In this document: positions 22,940 to 36,634 of the stretch, one piece after another
How positions within the stretch are numbered: position 1 is the stretch's first letter
Layout: each line of letters opens with the position of its first letter
Source of the DNA: Pseudogymnoascus verrucosus
Taxonomy: Eukaryota
Length of the DNA: 64,000 nucleotides
Reading direction: 5' to 3' (one strand)
Assembly (NCBI GenBank): GCA_001662655.1
Contig: KV460270.1
Position numbers and translations under genes: made by a program
Notes under the pieces: model-generated
The model's input: only the letters and a program-made list of their open reading frames with translations
The model's database searches: none
What the model was told of the DNA's origin: nothing

Positions 22940-24721
22940 CTAAAGTGTATATCTAAATGTAGGCGCCCTATCGCCCATCTTCGCAATCTCATCATCGTTG
23001 ATATCCGCACCATCGCTCTCATCCCTATCCCTCTGCGCATTGATCCTCGCATAGTTCCACCTCAGCGTCATCACCGCCGCAATACCCAGGGACACAATCC
23101 CAATATTCAGCGCATGCCCCAAGATGAACTTCGGCTTGTCCCTCTTACGATAGAAGTTCGACGCCATCGCGCCCGAGAGGTTACCGATTCCGATTTGGAA
23201 GCCCATTCCCGCGGCGCGCTTGTATGAGCCCGCCAGGTTGTTAGCAATCCATGTAATGTTTCCGGGGACGGCTGGGTAGATGCCGCATGTTGTGATGAAG
23301 ACACCAGCGTAGACAACTCCGGGAACACCGCCGTGTGCGGATGCGGCGAGCGCGATGATGAAGCCGACTAGGATTGCAATCATGGGCCAGAAGATGTACG
23401 GCCAGCGGGAATTCCCGGCCTTCGCGGCCCGGTCGGAGAGTTTGCTGGTGCCGATACACATAATGGCGGCCGATATGTAGATGGGAATGGTAAGAAGTTG
23501 AGCTGTGGCGGCCTCGTAGCCGAGTTGGTTGATGATGGTGGGTAGGAACAGGGAGATACTGTAAAGGGGGCAGACAATCCCGATGAACATGATCGTGCCT
23601 AGCCATACCTGCCAATCCATCACTGCGGCCTTCACGAAGCGCCACTCGAACTTCTCACTCTCAGCAATCATCCTTCCGGATCTCTTGCTGCCTTGGTACT
23701 TCAGGCGGTGGGATGCCCATGCACGTTCCTGGGGTGTGAGGAATGATGCCGTGTCCGGGAAATCGTACATTATGAAGTATGCGCCACAGGCCACTATGAC
23801 TGTCAAAAGGCCCTCCAAGATGAAAATCCAGCGCCAACCCTCGTAGCCACCCACTCCGTCCATCTTAGCGATGGCAAAAGCCAGGAGCCCAGAGAAGGCG
23901 CCGGCCATGGAAGCGGCGGAGAAAAAGAGACCTTGCCGAATGGCTAGCTCCTCCGAGCAGTACCACATTGTCAAATAATATGACACTCCGGGAAACAATC
24001 CAGCTTCAGCAAGGCCGAGGAAGACACGGACGGAAAGGAGGCCGGCGTAGTTGTTTGTCACGCCTAGACATATGGTGCAGGTTCCCCACGCTACCATTAT
24101 GGATGGCAACCATACTGACGGGCGGAGTTTCTTTAAGAGGAGGTTTGATGGCAGCTCGAAAACTTAATTGGGTTAGCAAGAAAGGCTTCGACTTAAAGAT
24201 AAACCGGGCAGTGTCCAAGATAAGTTATATTTTTGAAAAGAACAATCGCTTGGAGAGAACAAATGGAAATATACATACGAGCATATGTAAAAAAGAATAC
24301 TGTTAGACAGAGAGCATACTGAGTACCAGTCAAGCCTAGGTCCTCTGATAGCCCTTGAATATTGGCATTGCCAATGTTTCTGTCGTCAAACTTCCGTCAG
24401 CCAAGAAACACTCGGTGGAGTCTTCCCCACACTCTCGCCACAACTGACACACCAACGGCGGACCACCCAAAGGGGAAGGTGGACTTACCCTCTATCCAAG
24501 AAACTCAGCAAGTAGAGCAACGCAAGTACAGGTATCAAGCGCATGTCCATCTTGCGAAGGACGACAGCTCTATCGACGCCAGAGAAGTCGGCATCGGGAC
24601 CATCCCATTGCCCTTCGTCCTTCACAGGAGCCGAATTGGTTATCAAACCAGGCTCCTGATGCTCGGCGTGGATCCCATCTTGGTATGGCTTCTCCCTGTC
24701 GGAGAGGGAGGAGTCTGCCAT
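22940..24721 (-). CDS. MFS Dal5/TNA1-family (nicotinate/allantoate-type) permease; 2 introns
   Basis: VLRKMDMRLIP.LALLYLLSFLDRG/NIGNA, FELPSNLLLKK, AEAGLFPG, GWRWIFILEG, NNLAGSYKRA, MGDRAPTFRYTL. Confidence 0.94.
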
Positions 24722-25889
24722 GCTTTTCTTGTGTTTGGAGGTCTTGTGCGGCGAGATTGGGTAAAGGGGTCTCGGAACACAGAATAATGATATCGAGGTC
24801 TGAGAAGTGGGAAAAGGTGTAGGGGAAGCAGGGGACCTTTTATTGATGGGCCCTTTATTGATAGAGAGGACGTGTATCACAACCGGCTGTCTTGTGTTCC
24901 CCCGAACTCTCCCCACGCACCTCATCTCCGTTCGTGCGAGTACGTTGGAGCATCTCGTTGGCCATCCCCTCCATCATCATCACATCCCCCCGCGTTCCCC
25001 ACCTTCTCCGCTTCAATGTCTGGGGATTGCGGAGGCGGAACAGGGCCGTATGACGGCTCGGGCGCTGAGATCCAAGACTGATTGGGGGTTCCTGACATGA
25101 CTCGCGCTTGGTTCTGAACAATCGTTCGACTAGTTGTTGGCCGCAAGTTTAATCAGTGGAGACATGCCCAGCAATATCAGGTTTCACATGCCATTTCACA
25201 TGTCATCTAGACCGTTAGACTGAGGTCATCGATATATTTGACTTGGCAGGCGGAGGGTAGTAACTAGCTCTCCAGAAGGGGAATAAGATGTGCGGCTCAA
25301 CAACTCAACAGAATGGAAGCAACATTATTGGCTGGATCTGCTAAGTGAGATCTCTCAGATCTTGAGATTTGGGGGTGGAGAGCGCGTAGTGTGGTGTCGG
25401 TGTGTTGCTGTGTGGGGTGCGGAGTGCGGGGTGCGGAGTATATCCTGGACAAACCTAGCTCACTCATACTCTATTACGAAGTTAAAAGCAGATCTCCAAA
25501 ATCGCCGTCTCCTTTCTCCATCTTCCCCCTTCCCTTGCCCCGCACTCCAATTAGAAGGGCCAGATCACTTGAAGTTGTGTAAATGCCAATTCAAGCTACG
25601 CCGAAACTAGCAGGTACCACCAACACTTCGGTTACAAGACATTGAAGTCTCACAATACTGTACCGCCACCTCAGACCACTTCACGTCACTCAGAAGAAAT
25701 CCAATGAATGTCAACCGAATTCCGACGCCAGGAGCACAGCAGCTGGGGTGCAAGCTCCTGTGCCAGCTGTATGGTAGACTCGGAACCCGAAGCTTGGATC
25801 ATCTCAAACCAAATATTGATATGCAATTAACTATTCTACTGTGATACATGTCTACTATTCGTTCACCCCCACCCCCAACCTCCTTTCTA

Positions 25890-28156
25890 CTACGCGGTCA
25901 GCTCCTCGATTCTCCTCTCGATTTCCGGAATCTGCCGAAGCTGCAGGTCCAGCTCGTCCTTCTCATCCTCTAGTTCGAGCCTTTTCTTGGCGTCCAGCTT
26001 CGTGAAGACAAACTTCCCATGCCCATCAAACTGCAGAATCCGCGTGTGGTATTTCCACAGACTCCTCCTGTGACTGACTGTCATGAGCGTGATACCGAGG
26101 CTTTTCGCCGTCTCATACATCACCTTCTCCGTCTCGAGCGTTACACTCGACGTGCATTCGTCTAGAATGGCGTACTTGGGCTTATGGTAGTACAACCGCG
26201 CCATGGCGATGCGTTGTTGCAGCCCACCAGAAAGTGTCTCACGCCATTCCGCCTCGGCATCCCAGCCATCTGGGTACGAGGCAACGAGGGACTCAAGGTC
26301 GAGGACTTTAAGGATATCGAATAGGTGCGCGTCCGTCACACCCTTGGCGCGCATATGCCTTACAGAGTCGGGATAGATGACTTGTTGACGCAGGGAGCCG
26401 CGGCTGAGATAAGGACGCTGGGGAATGTAGAAGATATCGGAAAACGGCGGCTTGCGTACCGTGCCGCCGTAGACGGGCCACAGGCCACCAAGGATGCGGA
26501 AGAGTGATGATTTGCCGCAGCCATTCGGCCCGACGACGAGAAGATGGTCTCCTGGTTTGAGGGAAAAGGAGAGGGCTTTGACGAGAACGTCACCGTTGGG
26601 TGAAATAATTGGCCTATTATCGTAAGTACGGGGTTTCGAAACATGTCCGATTGAAAACTTACACGTTGATGAACTCAATGTCTTCGCTCTCAACGACTTC
26701 GCCTCGCCCGCGAAGCATTGCCGCATTCTCCTCTGTGTCAGCCGACGAGACGAGTTCTTTCTCGAACTTGCCCGCTTGAATATCATCCATAACATCCAAC
26801 AGGGATGCCACTCTTGAGGTATAACCTGCCAGTTCCATAACTTCCTTGTACGAGAACATGACGCGGCCAAACGCATCAGAGGAGGACAGCAGCATTCGCC
26901 TATTGGTGACGAAATTCTGTGTCCTGTCACCCATAGTTGAAGCTGCTGGTGCCCCGGGAATTTTGACAAACACAGGGACACTGCATAGTATCAATCCTAA
27001 AGCGCCCCATACGTACTTGAGCACGTAATCCTCCATGATTCCGTGGTAGAATCGTCGCCGTAGGATGTAATTGACGTGCTTAATGAGCGTGAAGTAGCCC
27101 TTGTCCAGGGTATCCTTCTCTGCTTCATGTCCGGAGTAGAGAGCAACCTCTTCCGAGTAATCTATTAACCGGGAGTGCTGGAAGCGGAACTCTCCCTCCA
27201 ACCGCGCTTCTTCTGCGACGTATTTTCCGAATGGTGGCGTGAGCATTCTCATCACACTGGCTGATAACTGGACAAGCAGAGACATGAAGAACAAGCCTTC
27301 ACCTCCAACGCTCCGGGATAGCGAATAGTTGTAGATGCTCTGTAGACTTGTTAGCACACGACCTGGCCTCCACATGATAAATACTTACCATATCCAATAT
27401 CGGCTTCGCCAAATTAGAGTATAACTCTGCCAGACTATTCGAAAATTTCGTAACATCAACGGTGATTAACTGGTCGGCGTTCTTTATCCGATCGTCAAGT
27501 GCTGAGATCCCGTAGAAAGTCATATTTGACAGATATTTGTCGTGTATATGGTTTGTGAGTCGGCTTCGATATTGTAGCGCGAGTCTACATTGGTGATATG
27601 ATAACTTAATGCAAGTTAGCCCGTATTCCTTTACTTTATATCACTAACTTACCATAGAGTTGGTGAAGGTCGCCGGCACGGCAACCATCATCCACCAGAC
27701 AATGCCAATGAGGAAGTCCTTCCCCTTCCCACGGACCAGATTGCTGACAAGCTTTCCATCCAAATCCGCCACATATACACTGAGGAGTGTCCGTACGACA
27801 AGAAAGAAGCTGTGGCTTATGAGCAGCCTCACTTCGGTGCTCTTCCATCCCGGAATGATAATCTTCAAGAGCCTGAACAGACTCTTGAAGAACTCCCGGT
27901 TCAGTTCCACCTTCTTCCGCCTTTGGTTCTGGTCGTCGGTTGCAGCTGTGCCTCCATATTTCTTAGACTGGCTATGCCGTACTGAGGCTGCCTTTTGTTC
28001 GTTTATAGCACTCCGTATCCGGTTTATGAGCGAAATAAACAGGGTTAGGTAAACGGTTCGCGATATCGCCGTGCGGTGTTTGAGGTATAAAGTCGTAAGT
28101 TCGCTTATAATAGACTTGACTGTCCGCTCAGGGAGAATCTTCGATTGTGCAGCCAT
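25890..28156 (-). CDS. PXA2: Peroxisomal long-chain fatty-acid ABC transporter (ABCD half transporter), Pxa2 type; 3 introns
   Basis: [25 protein letters not shown] (EAA motif), [17 protein letters not shown], degenerate signature [14 protein letters not shown] (Pxa2-like), [10 protein letters not shown]. Confidence 0.92.
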
Positions 28157-28403
28157 TGCTGGTAGCCCTCGGGCTTGGAGAGAGCGGCGGCTCCCTCGAG
28201 CGTGGGGATGACGTTGTGCTCGTGCCCAGTCGCGGTCGTTGCCATGCACAAAATAGGCCCTGGAGGATTATTCCATTGGTTGCTCCAACAAGTCGGTACT
28301 CGAGTGTTAACTGTTCTTCTTTGCGCAAAGCAGTCACTGCTAAATTTCTAGTTATAGCGATGCGTTAACGTGTTGTGTTGTTGAGAATAGCTAAAACGGG
28401 CCT

Positions 28404-28409
28404 CCTCGG
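28404..28409. promoter_or_regulatory. FarA/FarB-type fatty-acid response element CCTCGG upstream of PXA2 (second copy 28167-28172)
   Basis: Exact hexamer in the promoter of a fatty-acid import gene. Confidence 0.45.
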
Positions 28410-28638
28410 CTGCCGATTGTGAAATCCGGGGTATTGATAAACGTCGATGGGTTGGATTCCCGTTCATGACATGTGCTTATGCATGGGTGCCTTAATCGCA
28501 AGGCCTTAGTATATTTTCTTGGGACAACTCTAACCATCAACGATTTTATAGTCACCAAGCCACAATTTCTCTCAACCAACAAGGCAGATTTGTACTCTCT
28601 TTACAACACAACAGTTGTCAAAATAAAAAACCGAAAAT

Positions 28639-28934
28639 ATGGCAGAAAACTTCTATGATGAGATCGAAATTGAAGATATGACCTACGATGGGACCCTGCA
28701 AATCTATCACTACCCATGTCCGTGTGGCGATAGGTTCGAAATCGGACTTGCGGATTTACTCGACGGCGAAGATATCGGTGTCTGCCCCAGTTGCAGTCTG
28801 ATGATTAAGGTGATATTTGAAGTGGTAAGAACTTCGAAAGAAATGTGTAAATTACCCCACTAATATATTTCCAGGAGGATCTTCCTCAACCCCCACCTGG
28901 TCCGGGTCAAGCTGCCCCTCCAGTGCCAGTTTGA
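28639..28934 (+). CDS. DPH3: Diphthamide biosynthesis protein 3 / Kti11 (CSL zinc finger); intron 28825-28875
   Basis: YDEIEIEDM...[13 protein letters not shown]...[13 protein letters not shown]. Confidence 0.96.
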
Positions 28935-29644
28935 ACATCAAATGAAGAGGAATGAAACCAGAACCAATATTGAGCGTTGCTCAACAGCATCTCAAATGGG
29001 ATATTCTCCATACTGTGGCGGGTACGAACAGCCCGAATAACGGGAACCACGACAAGGCCAGACCCGAGGAAATCTGGCTGTCAGGCCAACAGAAAGCGTC
29101 CTGACAAGCCGAGTTCTGAAGGTTTACATGAAACATGAAGATAGCAGGCCTGAGACAAGAAGATCTCCTGTGGGGGAAGTAAGGCGGAATGGGACGGATA
29201 GCCTTGAGATATAGCTGTTGAAGACGGGACTCGAACCGCCCAAAAGTCTGAAGAGGGGCTGTATTTAGCTGAGGATCGATACTAGCAACTAAGCTGATGG
29301 GAATTCTCGCCTTCGCTCTATCCCCGAGTAAAATTGTAGCCTTCAGTAATTGAGTCTCTATTTCAATAACAGTTGCTGTGGTCACTACTGTCATGCATGG
29401 TCCCTCCTTGGACTTTTGAATATGGTTGGCGGGGGAGAAGGTGGCGCGGATTCCCTGGATTACTGGTAGCTGTTGACCTCAGGAGTACGCTATAATGACT
29501 AAAGAAGTAATTTGAACGGAGCCTTGAGTTAAAGCCGTCATATACAGCCACTTGTTTCATTTAATGTGTAACGTTGGTGAACTTTCTGCTGGCTTCTGCA
29601 ATACAATACATAATTCCCTTGATCATACAGTGGAACAATCCGAC

Positions 29645-30321
29645 TTAGTCGATGACTTCCGTAAGATCAACTCCGACTTCCTTCTCCAACATCTCGTTCA
29701 GTGTTGATCCATCTCTAAGGTAAACCCATTTCCCTTGCCCCCCGCCCTCCTTCTGGTTTTGCGCTTCGCCCGACACAACCCAGTCGTAACGCTTAGGTCC
29801 TGATATCGGGGATGAAAGCCATATCTGCTTGTTTGGTGGCTGCTTGTTGATAACGTATGTGCCAATCGGAGGGAATATAAGAGTTAAAACGCCAGCCTGA
29901 AGTTGCTATTAGAATAATGACGTGTGATTGAGGCTGAAGAAAAACTTACGCTGTATTCAACATCAACATCTTCTCTGGCTTCTTGAAGCTCTTCAAAGGT
30001 TGCCACAAGATGGTCTATGCAAGTATCTGCTGCCTCATGGTACTCCTCGATGGTGAGTTCCGTGGGTTCCTGGGCCGTTGCCTCGGGTTCTAGGGTCTTT
30101 GCTGGTGGGTTGTCCGTCTCTGGATAAATGCCCTTCGAAGAGGCTTGCGAGCACGAGAAATTCCTAATAGAGCCTGATATGTATGACTTATTTGCGGCAA
30201 CCACAGGCAAGATTGTCTTCATGCTCAGAGCTCGAACTGCTGGTACCTGGCATCGTTGTGACGTAGAAAGAACATTGCGGTTTGCCAACCTGGATATTCT
30301 GAGAATGTTGACGCGCGACAT
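29645..30321 (-). CDS. YFH1: Frataxin, mitochondrial iron/Fe-S assembly factor; intron 29897-29949
   Basis: Arg/Ser-rich presequence; DVEYS/AGVLTL...GTYVINKQPPNKQIWLSSPISGPKRYDW. Confidence 0.96.
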
Positions 30322-30649
30322 CGAGAATATAGCTGCCCAGCCGGTAATAGAATTCTTGGATAGGTGTTTGTGAGAGCGATGGTCGTCAATGAGGAATACG
30401 TAAAGTGAATTTGTGACGATGCCGAGCTCAAGCTCTCCGGTGCTCCAACCCCACAATGTCGTATGGTACCCCTGCAAGCGACTTTTGTAGATATCTCCGC
30501 CTTGTCGGCGAGGGGCCGATGGGACAATCAGTTGTCTCTAAACCTCAGCAAAACTCTCAGGTGAACACAAACTCGTACCTAAGAAAAGGATTTTGTGTTA
30601 GAAACAGTATCGCTACATCTTTACAACTTAACATTTGGACTTGGTCAAG

Positions 30650-31261
30650 ATGATTAACGCCGTTCTTGTCTTCAACAACGCTGGGCAGCCAAGGCTGACG
30701 AAGTTCTACACCCAACTGGTACGCACCGATGCCCCGACCTCACAAACCTTAAGATGCTAACACAGACAGGAAACAAGTGTACAACAGAGGCTGATCTCCG
30801 AAATATTCACACTGGTCTCGAATCGCGCGCCTGGATCCTGCAACTTCCTGCCACTGCCACCCCTCCTCTCCTCTCAGTCCACTCCGTCTCATGCGGCTTC
30901 TACAACACCATCAAATGACGTGCCGTCACTCGTAACATACCGACACTATGCGACACTCTATTTTATCATTATATCCACATCAACCGAGTCGCCTTTAGCA
31001 CTGATCGACCTTATCCAGGTTTATGTCGAGGCTTTGGATAGGTTGTTTGAGAACGTCTGCGAGCTAGATCTCATCTTCAACTTCGAAACTTTACACGCAA
31101 CACTTAGCGAGATGATCGTGGGAGGGGTAGTGGTGGAAACGGGACTGGATAAGGTCGTCGAAGGGGTGAGGAGTCAAGGAAAGATCCCAAGGCGGCCGGT
31201 AAATGAAGGTACAAGAAATATAGGCCTGGGAGGGGGTTTCTCGTCATGGGCGGGCAGGTGA
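30650..31261 (+). CDS. APS3: AP-3 adaptor complex sigma subunit; intron ~30719-30769
   Basis: MINAVLVFNNAGQPRLTKFY, YRHYATLYF, ESPLALIDLIQVYVEALDRLFENVCELDLIFN. Confidence 0.95.
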
Positions 31262-31575
31262 AAGTCTGAAGACCGAGCAAGGAATACCACCAAGACGTCC
31301 TCCCTGGACGAGGTCGGCCAATGAGGGACTTGTTGATTCGGAGTTCTCACTCCTAGAAGCCAATACGGAAACATACGGAGAGGGACCACGGGCCTCGTAA
31401 TGAAAGCCCCACGGTCTCCAGGATGGACGAACAATATCGTATAACTATCTCCCCACCGGCTCCAGAGTAGAGTCTATCTATCTCATACAGGAATCAGGCT
31501 CCATTAATAATACAAAAAGCCAACGCCCCAGATCAATATAACTCCCGGCCCTCTATGCAATATTTCCACAAGGTC

Positions 31576-32076
31576 TCATCCCCGACTATTGTACATTTGT
31601 TTTCGAACCAGCTCCCTCTGCTCCTTCCCGTCGCTGCCCTCTTTCCGGGTTCGTCGTCCATATTGAGCCCGTCATCTCGCGGAATTTGTTTCGCAGCTAC
31701 AACTGGTCAGCTTTTTATTGCTATGTAGGATAGGATTTACTGACCGCTTGGAATGGCTCATTTTCTTGCTTCCAATCGGCGAATAATACACCGTAGACAG
31801 TAACAACTGCAGGCTGGATTAGACAATGTTCCATAGCTTCACACGAGGCCACATACAAACTATGCTTCCTAATTGTGCAATCTTCACAGCCTTTGTCCAC
31901 TTTGGCCTGGCCCACTTCAGCTTGCTCCTTCGTCGGTATCGTCGTTCTAGACGGAATTGATGCTTAGTACTGAGCTTCGAGAAATCCGGAGGCCAAAGTC
32001 GTTTTGCCTTGTATACATTCGTATCGATATAGGTCGGCCCTTTCTCCAAGGCCCTCAATATTGGCGATCGAAACAT
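31576..32076 (-). CDS. Small basic single-TM protein, probably mitochondrial; 2 introns
   Basis: MFRSPILR...WPPDFSKLSTKHQFRLERRYRRRSKLKWARPKW..KIAQLGSIV/FVTVYGVLFADW...; canonical splice sites restore one frame to TGA 31576-31578. Confidence 0.75.
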
Positions 32077-32358
32077 CGTAATTGCGCTTCAACACTGCTC
32101 GGCACTTCAGATTTGGCCTTCGATATCCGCGAGGCCAAAAGTTTAGTGCCAGCCGCATTTCGGTTGCACGGACCACAAGGCTCGACCTCTCACCGCCTAA
32201 ATTTTGCCGCGGGGAACACATCCCACCACATCCCACCAGCAATTTTGGTGACTACACTCAGCCCCTCTTCTCCGCTTGTGACTTGTCGCAAGGCTTCGAA
32301 AATATAGTAGGATAAGGCCTGACAATACTGTCAGGACTTCTTCTATTGACTCGCCAAT

Positions 32359-35300
32359 ATGGCTGCTTCAGATGCTGCGGCGAAAGCCTTGGATGATCTC
32401 CATCTCTCAAAAACCAAGGAATTGAAGGGTGTACGTATAAATTCAGCTATGAGATTGTTTCCATTTCTGACTCTTACAGACCGAGAAAAGAGATTCTCTT
32501 ATTGCTGTCGAAAAGAAATATCAAAAGAAATGGCAAGACGACGCGGTTTTCCAGCCAAATGCTCCAAGCATCGCCGATATACCCCTCAGTGCGCTATCGG
32601 CAAAGGAAGTCCGCGAGAAGCACCCGAAATTTTTCGGTACGATGGCGTATCCATACATGAACGGTACTCTTCATGCGGGCCACAGTTTCTCTGTCAGCAA
32701 GATCGAGTTCACTGCGGGATGGGCAAGAATGCAGGGCAAGAGGGCTCTGTTCCCGATGGGTTTCCATTGTACCGGCATGCCCATTAAAGCCTGCGCAGAT
32801 AAGCTTATCAACGAGATCAAGCTGTTTGGCAAGGACTTCTCTGGATATTCTGAGGAAGACGAAGCCAGCGACAAGTTGAAGGAGAAAAGCCCGCCCGCAC
32901 CAACCTCGGCTCGTGAAGATGTTACAAAATTCACAGCCAAGAAGGGAAAGGCTGCTGCAAAGGTCGTGAAGATGAAGTATCAGTTCCAGATCATGCGCGC
33001 CCAAGGCATCCCAAATGAGCAGATTCACGAATTCGCCGACCCAAATCATTGGCTGGATTTCTTCCCCCCGCTCTGCAAGCAAGACCTTACCAACTTCGGT
33101 TGCAGAATCGATTGGAGGCGATCCTTCGTCACCACCGATGCCAACCCCTACTACGATTCATTTATCAGATGGCAAATGAACCGTCTTCGCGAGTTGAAGA
33201 AAATTAAGTACGGCAAGCGTTATACAATCTACTCTCCAAAGGATGGCCAGCCCTGCATGGACCACGACCGAAGTGAAGGCGAGGCCGTCGGGCCACAAGA
33301 ATACACAGCCCTCAAGCTGAAGGTGTTGGAATGGGCACCAGAAGCGAAGAAGGCGGTTGCCGACAAGCTTCCACAGGGGGCAGATGCCTTCTTTGTGCCA
33401 GCCACTCTCCGTCCAGAGACCATGTATGGTCAAAACTGCTGTTTTGTAGGACCCAAGATCACCTATGGCGTTTATAAAGTGTCAGAGAAGGAGTACTACA
33501 TTATCACCGAGAGAGCTGCCCGTAACATGGCGTATCAAGGTGTGTTCCCGGTGAACGGCGTTTATGAGAAGGTTGCAGAGGTTACTGGTGCGGACTGCGT
33601 TGGCACTCTTGTCAATGCTCCGCTCTCTATTCACACGGAGGGTATTCGAATTCTCCCTATGGATTCCGTCTTGCCCACCAAGGGTACAGGAGTTGTTACC
33701 TGTGTGCCTTCGGATTCTCCAGATGATTTTGCCACTATTACAGACCTGGCAAAGAAGGCAGAGTACTATGGCATCAAGAAAGAATGGGCGGAGTTGGAAA
33801 TAATACCTATTATCGATACACCTAGCTATGGCAACCTCACTGCTCCGTTCTTGGTTAAGAAGCTCAAGATTGCCTCGCCAAAAGACACGAAGCAGCTTGA
33901 GGAGGCAAAGGAGTTGGCATACAAGGAAGGTTATTACCAAGGTACGATGTGTTACGGACCATTCACTGGAGAGAAGGTCGAGGACGCAAAGCCAAAGGTC
34001 AGACAACAACTGCTTGACTCCGGCGGTGCCTTCGCCTATTCCGAACCAGAGAAGCGTGTTGTCAGCCGATCTGGAGATGACTGCTGTGTTGCGCTAATGG
34101 ACCAATGGTACTTGGATTACGGAGAGGAGTCCTGGAGGAAGGTTGCGCTTCAGCATGTTGACAATGCCGATGGAAATGGCCTCAACACTTACTCCCAGGA
34201 GACAAAGAATGGCTTCGAGGGCGTTCTCAACTGGCTCAACCAATGGGCGTGTGCTCGTAGCTTCGGTCTCGGATCCAAGCTCCCATGGGACCCTCAATTC
34301 TTAGTTGAGAGCTTGAGTGATTCTACGATTTACATGGCTTACTACACTGTTGCCCATCTCCTCCACGGGGATATCTTCGGCAGGACGCCAGGTCTTCTCA
34401 AGGACCTCACGCCAGAGCAGATGACTGACGAGGTCTGGGACTACATCTTTGCCCGCCGCGAGGTTAGCGAGGATGTTCTCCAGAGCAAGATTTCCTTGGA
34501 AGGCCTGGAGACGATGCGCAGAGAGTTTGAGTACTGGTATCCTTTGGATCTCCGTGTATCTGGGAAGGATCTGATCCCCAACCATCTCACATTCTTCATC
34601 TACATCCACATTGCCCTCTTCCCTCCGGAGTACTGGCCAAAGGGTGTTCGTGCCAACGGTCATCTCACCTTGAACGGAGAGAAGATGTCGAAGTCCACCG
34701 GAAACTTCATGACTCTCGACGAGATGGTCAAGAAATACGGAGCTGATGCCAGCCGTATCGCTCTTGCTGATGCTGGTGACGGAGTTGCCGACGCTAACTT
34801 CGAGGAAGACGTCGCCGATAACAACGTCCTCCGTCTATTCACATTAAGAGAATGGATCGAAGAGCAAGTGAAGGAGCAAGAGACTCTCCGCACTGGCGAG
34901 AAGAACGACTTCCTCGACCGTCTGTTCGACAACGAAATGAACGCCATTGCTCGCGAGGCTAAGGGACACTTCGACGACACCAACTACAAGCTGGCTCTCA
35001 AGTCTGGTCTCTACGACTTCATCGGCGCCCGTGACTTCTACAGAGAGGCATCTACCGCTGCCGGCATCAAGATGCATAAGGATCTTGTCTTCAAGTACAT
35101 TGAGCTCCAAGCACTTCTCCTCGCTGTCATCGCACCCCATTGGTCCGAGTACATCTGGCTCGAGGTCCTCAACAAGTCCGCAACTGTCCAAGATGCCCTC
35201 TTCCCCGAGATCCCAGCACCAGATGCCAGTCTGTCCGCTATGCGCGAGTACGTCCGCACCACCGCATCCAACATCACTTCCGCAGAGGCTGCTCAGCAGA

Positions 35301-35782
35301 AGAAGAAGGCAAAGGGCAAGGATATCAGCTTCGACCCCAAGAAGCCAAAGAAGCTTACCATCTTCGCGGCCAAAAGCTTCCCCGCCTGGCAAGAGAAGTA
35401 CATTGATCTCGTCCGCGAGGTCTTCGATCCTGCCACCAAGGCCTTCAACGACAAGGAGCTGACGCCCAAGATCTCAAAGATGGGCGAGATGAAGAAGGCC
35501 ATGCCATTCGTGCAGGGCCTCAAGAAGCGCCTCACTGGAGGCGAGCAGCCAGAGACGGTGTTTGACAGGAAACTGGCATTCGACGAGTCGAAGACGCTCT
35601 TGCAGATGGTTCCGGGATTGAAGAAGGCGGCTGGATTGAAGATCGTGGATATTGTCGAGGTTGCTGAGGGTGGGGCTACCGGCGTCCTGGTTGGTGGTGG
35701 CGAGGTTGCTTCCCTCCCGCCGCCTGCTGCGGGGGCTGTTCCTGGGGTGCCGACTTTCCACTTTGAGAATGTTGAGGAATAG
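32359..35782 (+). CDS. CDC60: Cytosolic leucyl-tRNA synthetase; intron 32431-32479
   Basis: YPYMNGTLHAGH (HIGH), CP1 editing ATLRPETMYGQ and GTGVVTCVPSDSPDD, GKDLIPNHL, KMSKS. Confidence 0.98.
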
Positions 35783-36247
35783 ATTTTTAGATATACGCAA
35801 AGAGGTAGTAGTGAGGAGTAGTATAACGTAAAAGTTGTTTAGATGCAGTCATAATTGAATCTGTTTCAATAACCAATAACTACATGTGACCATTTCCTTG
35901 GCTACCATTGTGTGATGCTCGCGATTTACGTGGTACCTGAGTTATTCCACCAGCGATAGGGGTTGAAGCTCTACCTTACCCGGAATTCTCACAAGCCGAG
36001 GTTCCCCACATTAAGGTCCGTTGCCCGTGCGTGCTGTTCGGATAAGGTTCTCTGGTCCTTCCCAAGAACCACATTGGTTTCGTCAATTGGATGTGGATCT
36101 TATAAACCCCAAGGTCCCAACACCTCCTCAGCATTGTCAATAAACAATAACGAAAGCTACACAATCAATCCCAAAGCCATCAACCAACCTACGCTGCGGA
36201 ATCATTTCAATCGTCGCCCCATATACCCCACCACCAAACCACCCAAA

Positions 36248-36634
36248 ATGCCAGCCCCCTCCAAAGTCGCCCCAACCGGCAAAGTAACCACCTACACCGG
36301 CCCCAAGACCTTCTCGCACCGCCTCGTCGGCGGCCTCGTCCTCTTCTACTTCATCTCCTACGCCGCCAAGGGCTACATCGTCCCCGGCAGCGCTATTTAC
36401 GAAGCGCTGCAGAAATCCTGGCCTGGGGGGGCAGCCCACTACTTGTGGCTGCAGGAGAAGATTTTTGTTCCCGTTATTGCGATTCATGGGGTTGAGACGG
36501 CGATTATGGCGTATAGACTTGCGGGTGCGGGAGTTGGGGCGGGGAGTGGACTGTGGTGGAAGTGGATTGCGAGTTGTTGGATTGAGGGGGTGGGGAGCCA
36601 TCAGAGGCTTTCGGCGTTGATTAAGGGGGAGTAG
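36248..36634 (+). CDS. Small integral membrane protein (TMEM254/DUF4499-like)
   Basis: MPAPSK... with TM segments, IAIHGVETAIM and WWKWIASCWIEGVGS; good start context aaaATG. Confidence 0.7.
   Translation: MPAPSKVAPTGKVTTYTGPKTFSHRLVGGLVLFYFISYAAKGYIVPGSAIYEALQKSWPGGAAHYLWLQEKIFVPVIAIHGVETAIMAYRLAGAGVGAGSGLWWKWIASCWIEGVGSHQRLSALIKGE

Noticed and set aside
24377..24488. Longer intron with internal GTCAGT and a CTTCCCC/GGGGAAG stem as a possible stwintron or riboswitch
   Set aside because: A single canonical splice restores DRG/NIGNA; no internal branch point-acceptor pair and no TPP aptamer core seen
28981..29394. 137-aa - strand ORF between DPH3 and frataxin
   Set aside because: No motif or codon bias; lies in the expected convergent 3' UTR space
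32300..32358. Non-AUG mitochondrial targeting extension of LeuRS
   Set aside because: In-frame TGA at 32347-32349, four codons upstream of the ATG
35963..36247. N-terminal extension of the small membrane protein in the ORF track
   Set aside because: Starts at TTG in promoter-like sequence; the ATG at 36248 has good context
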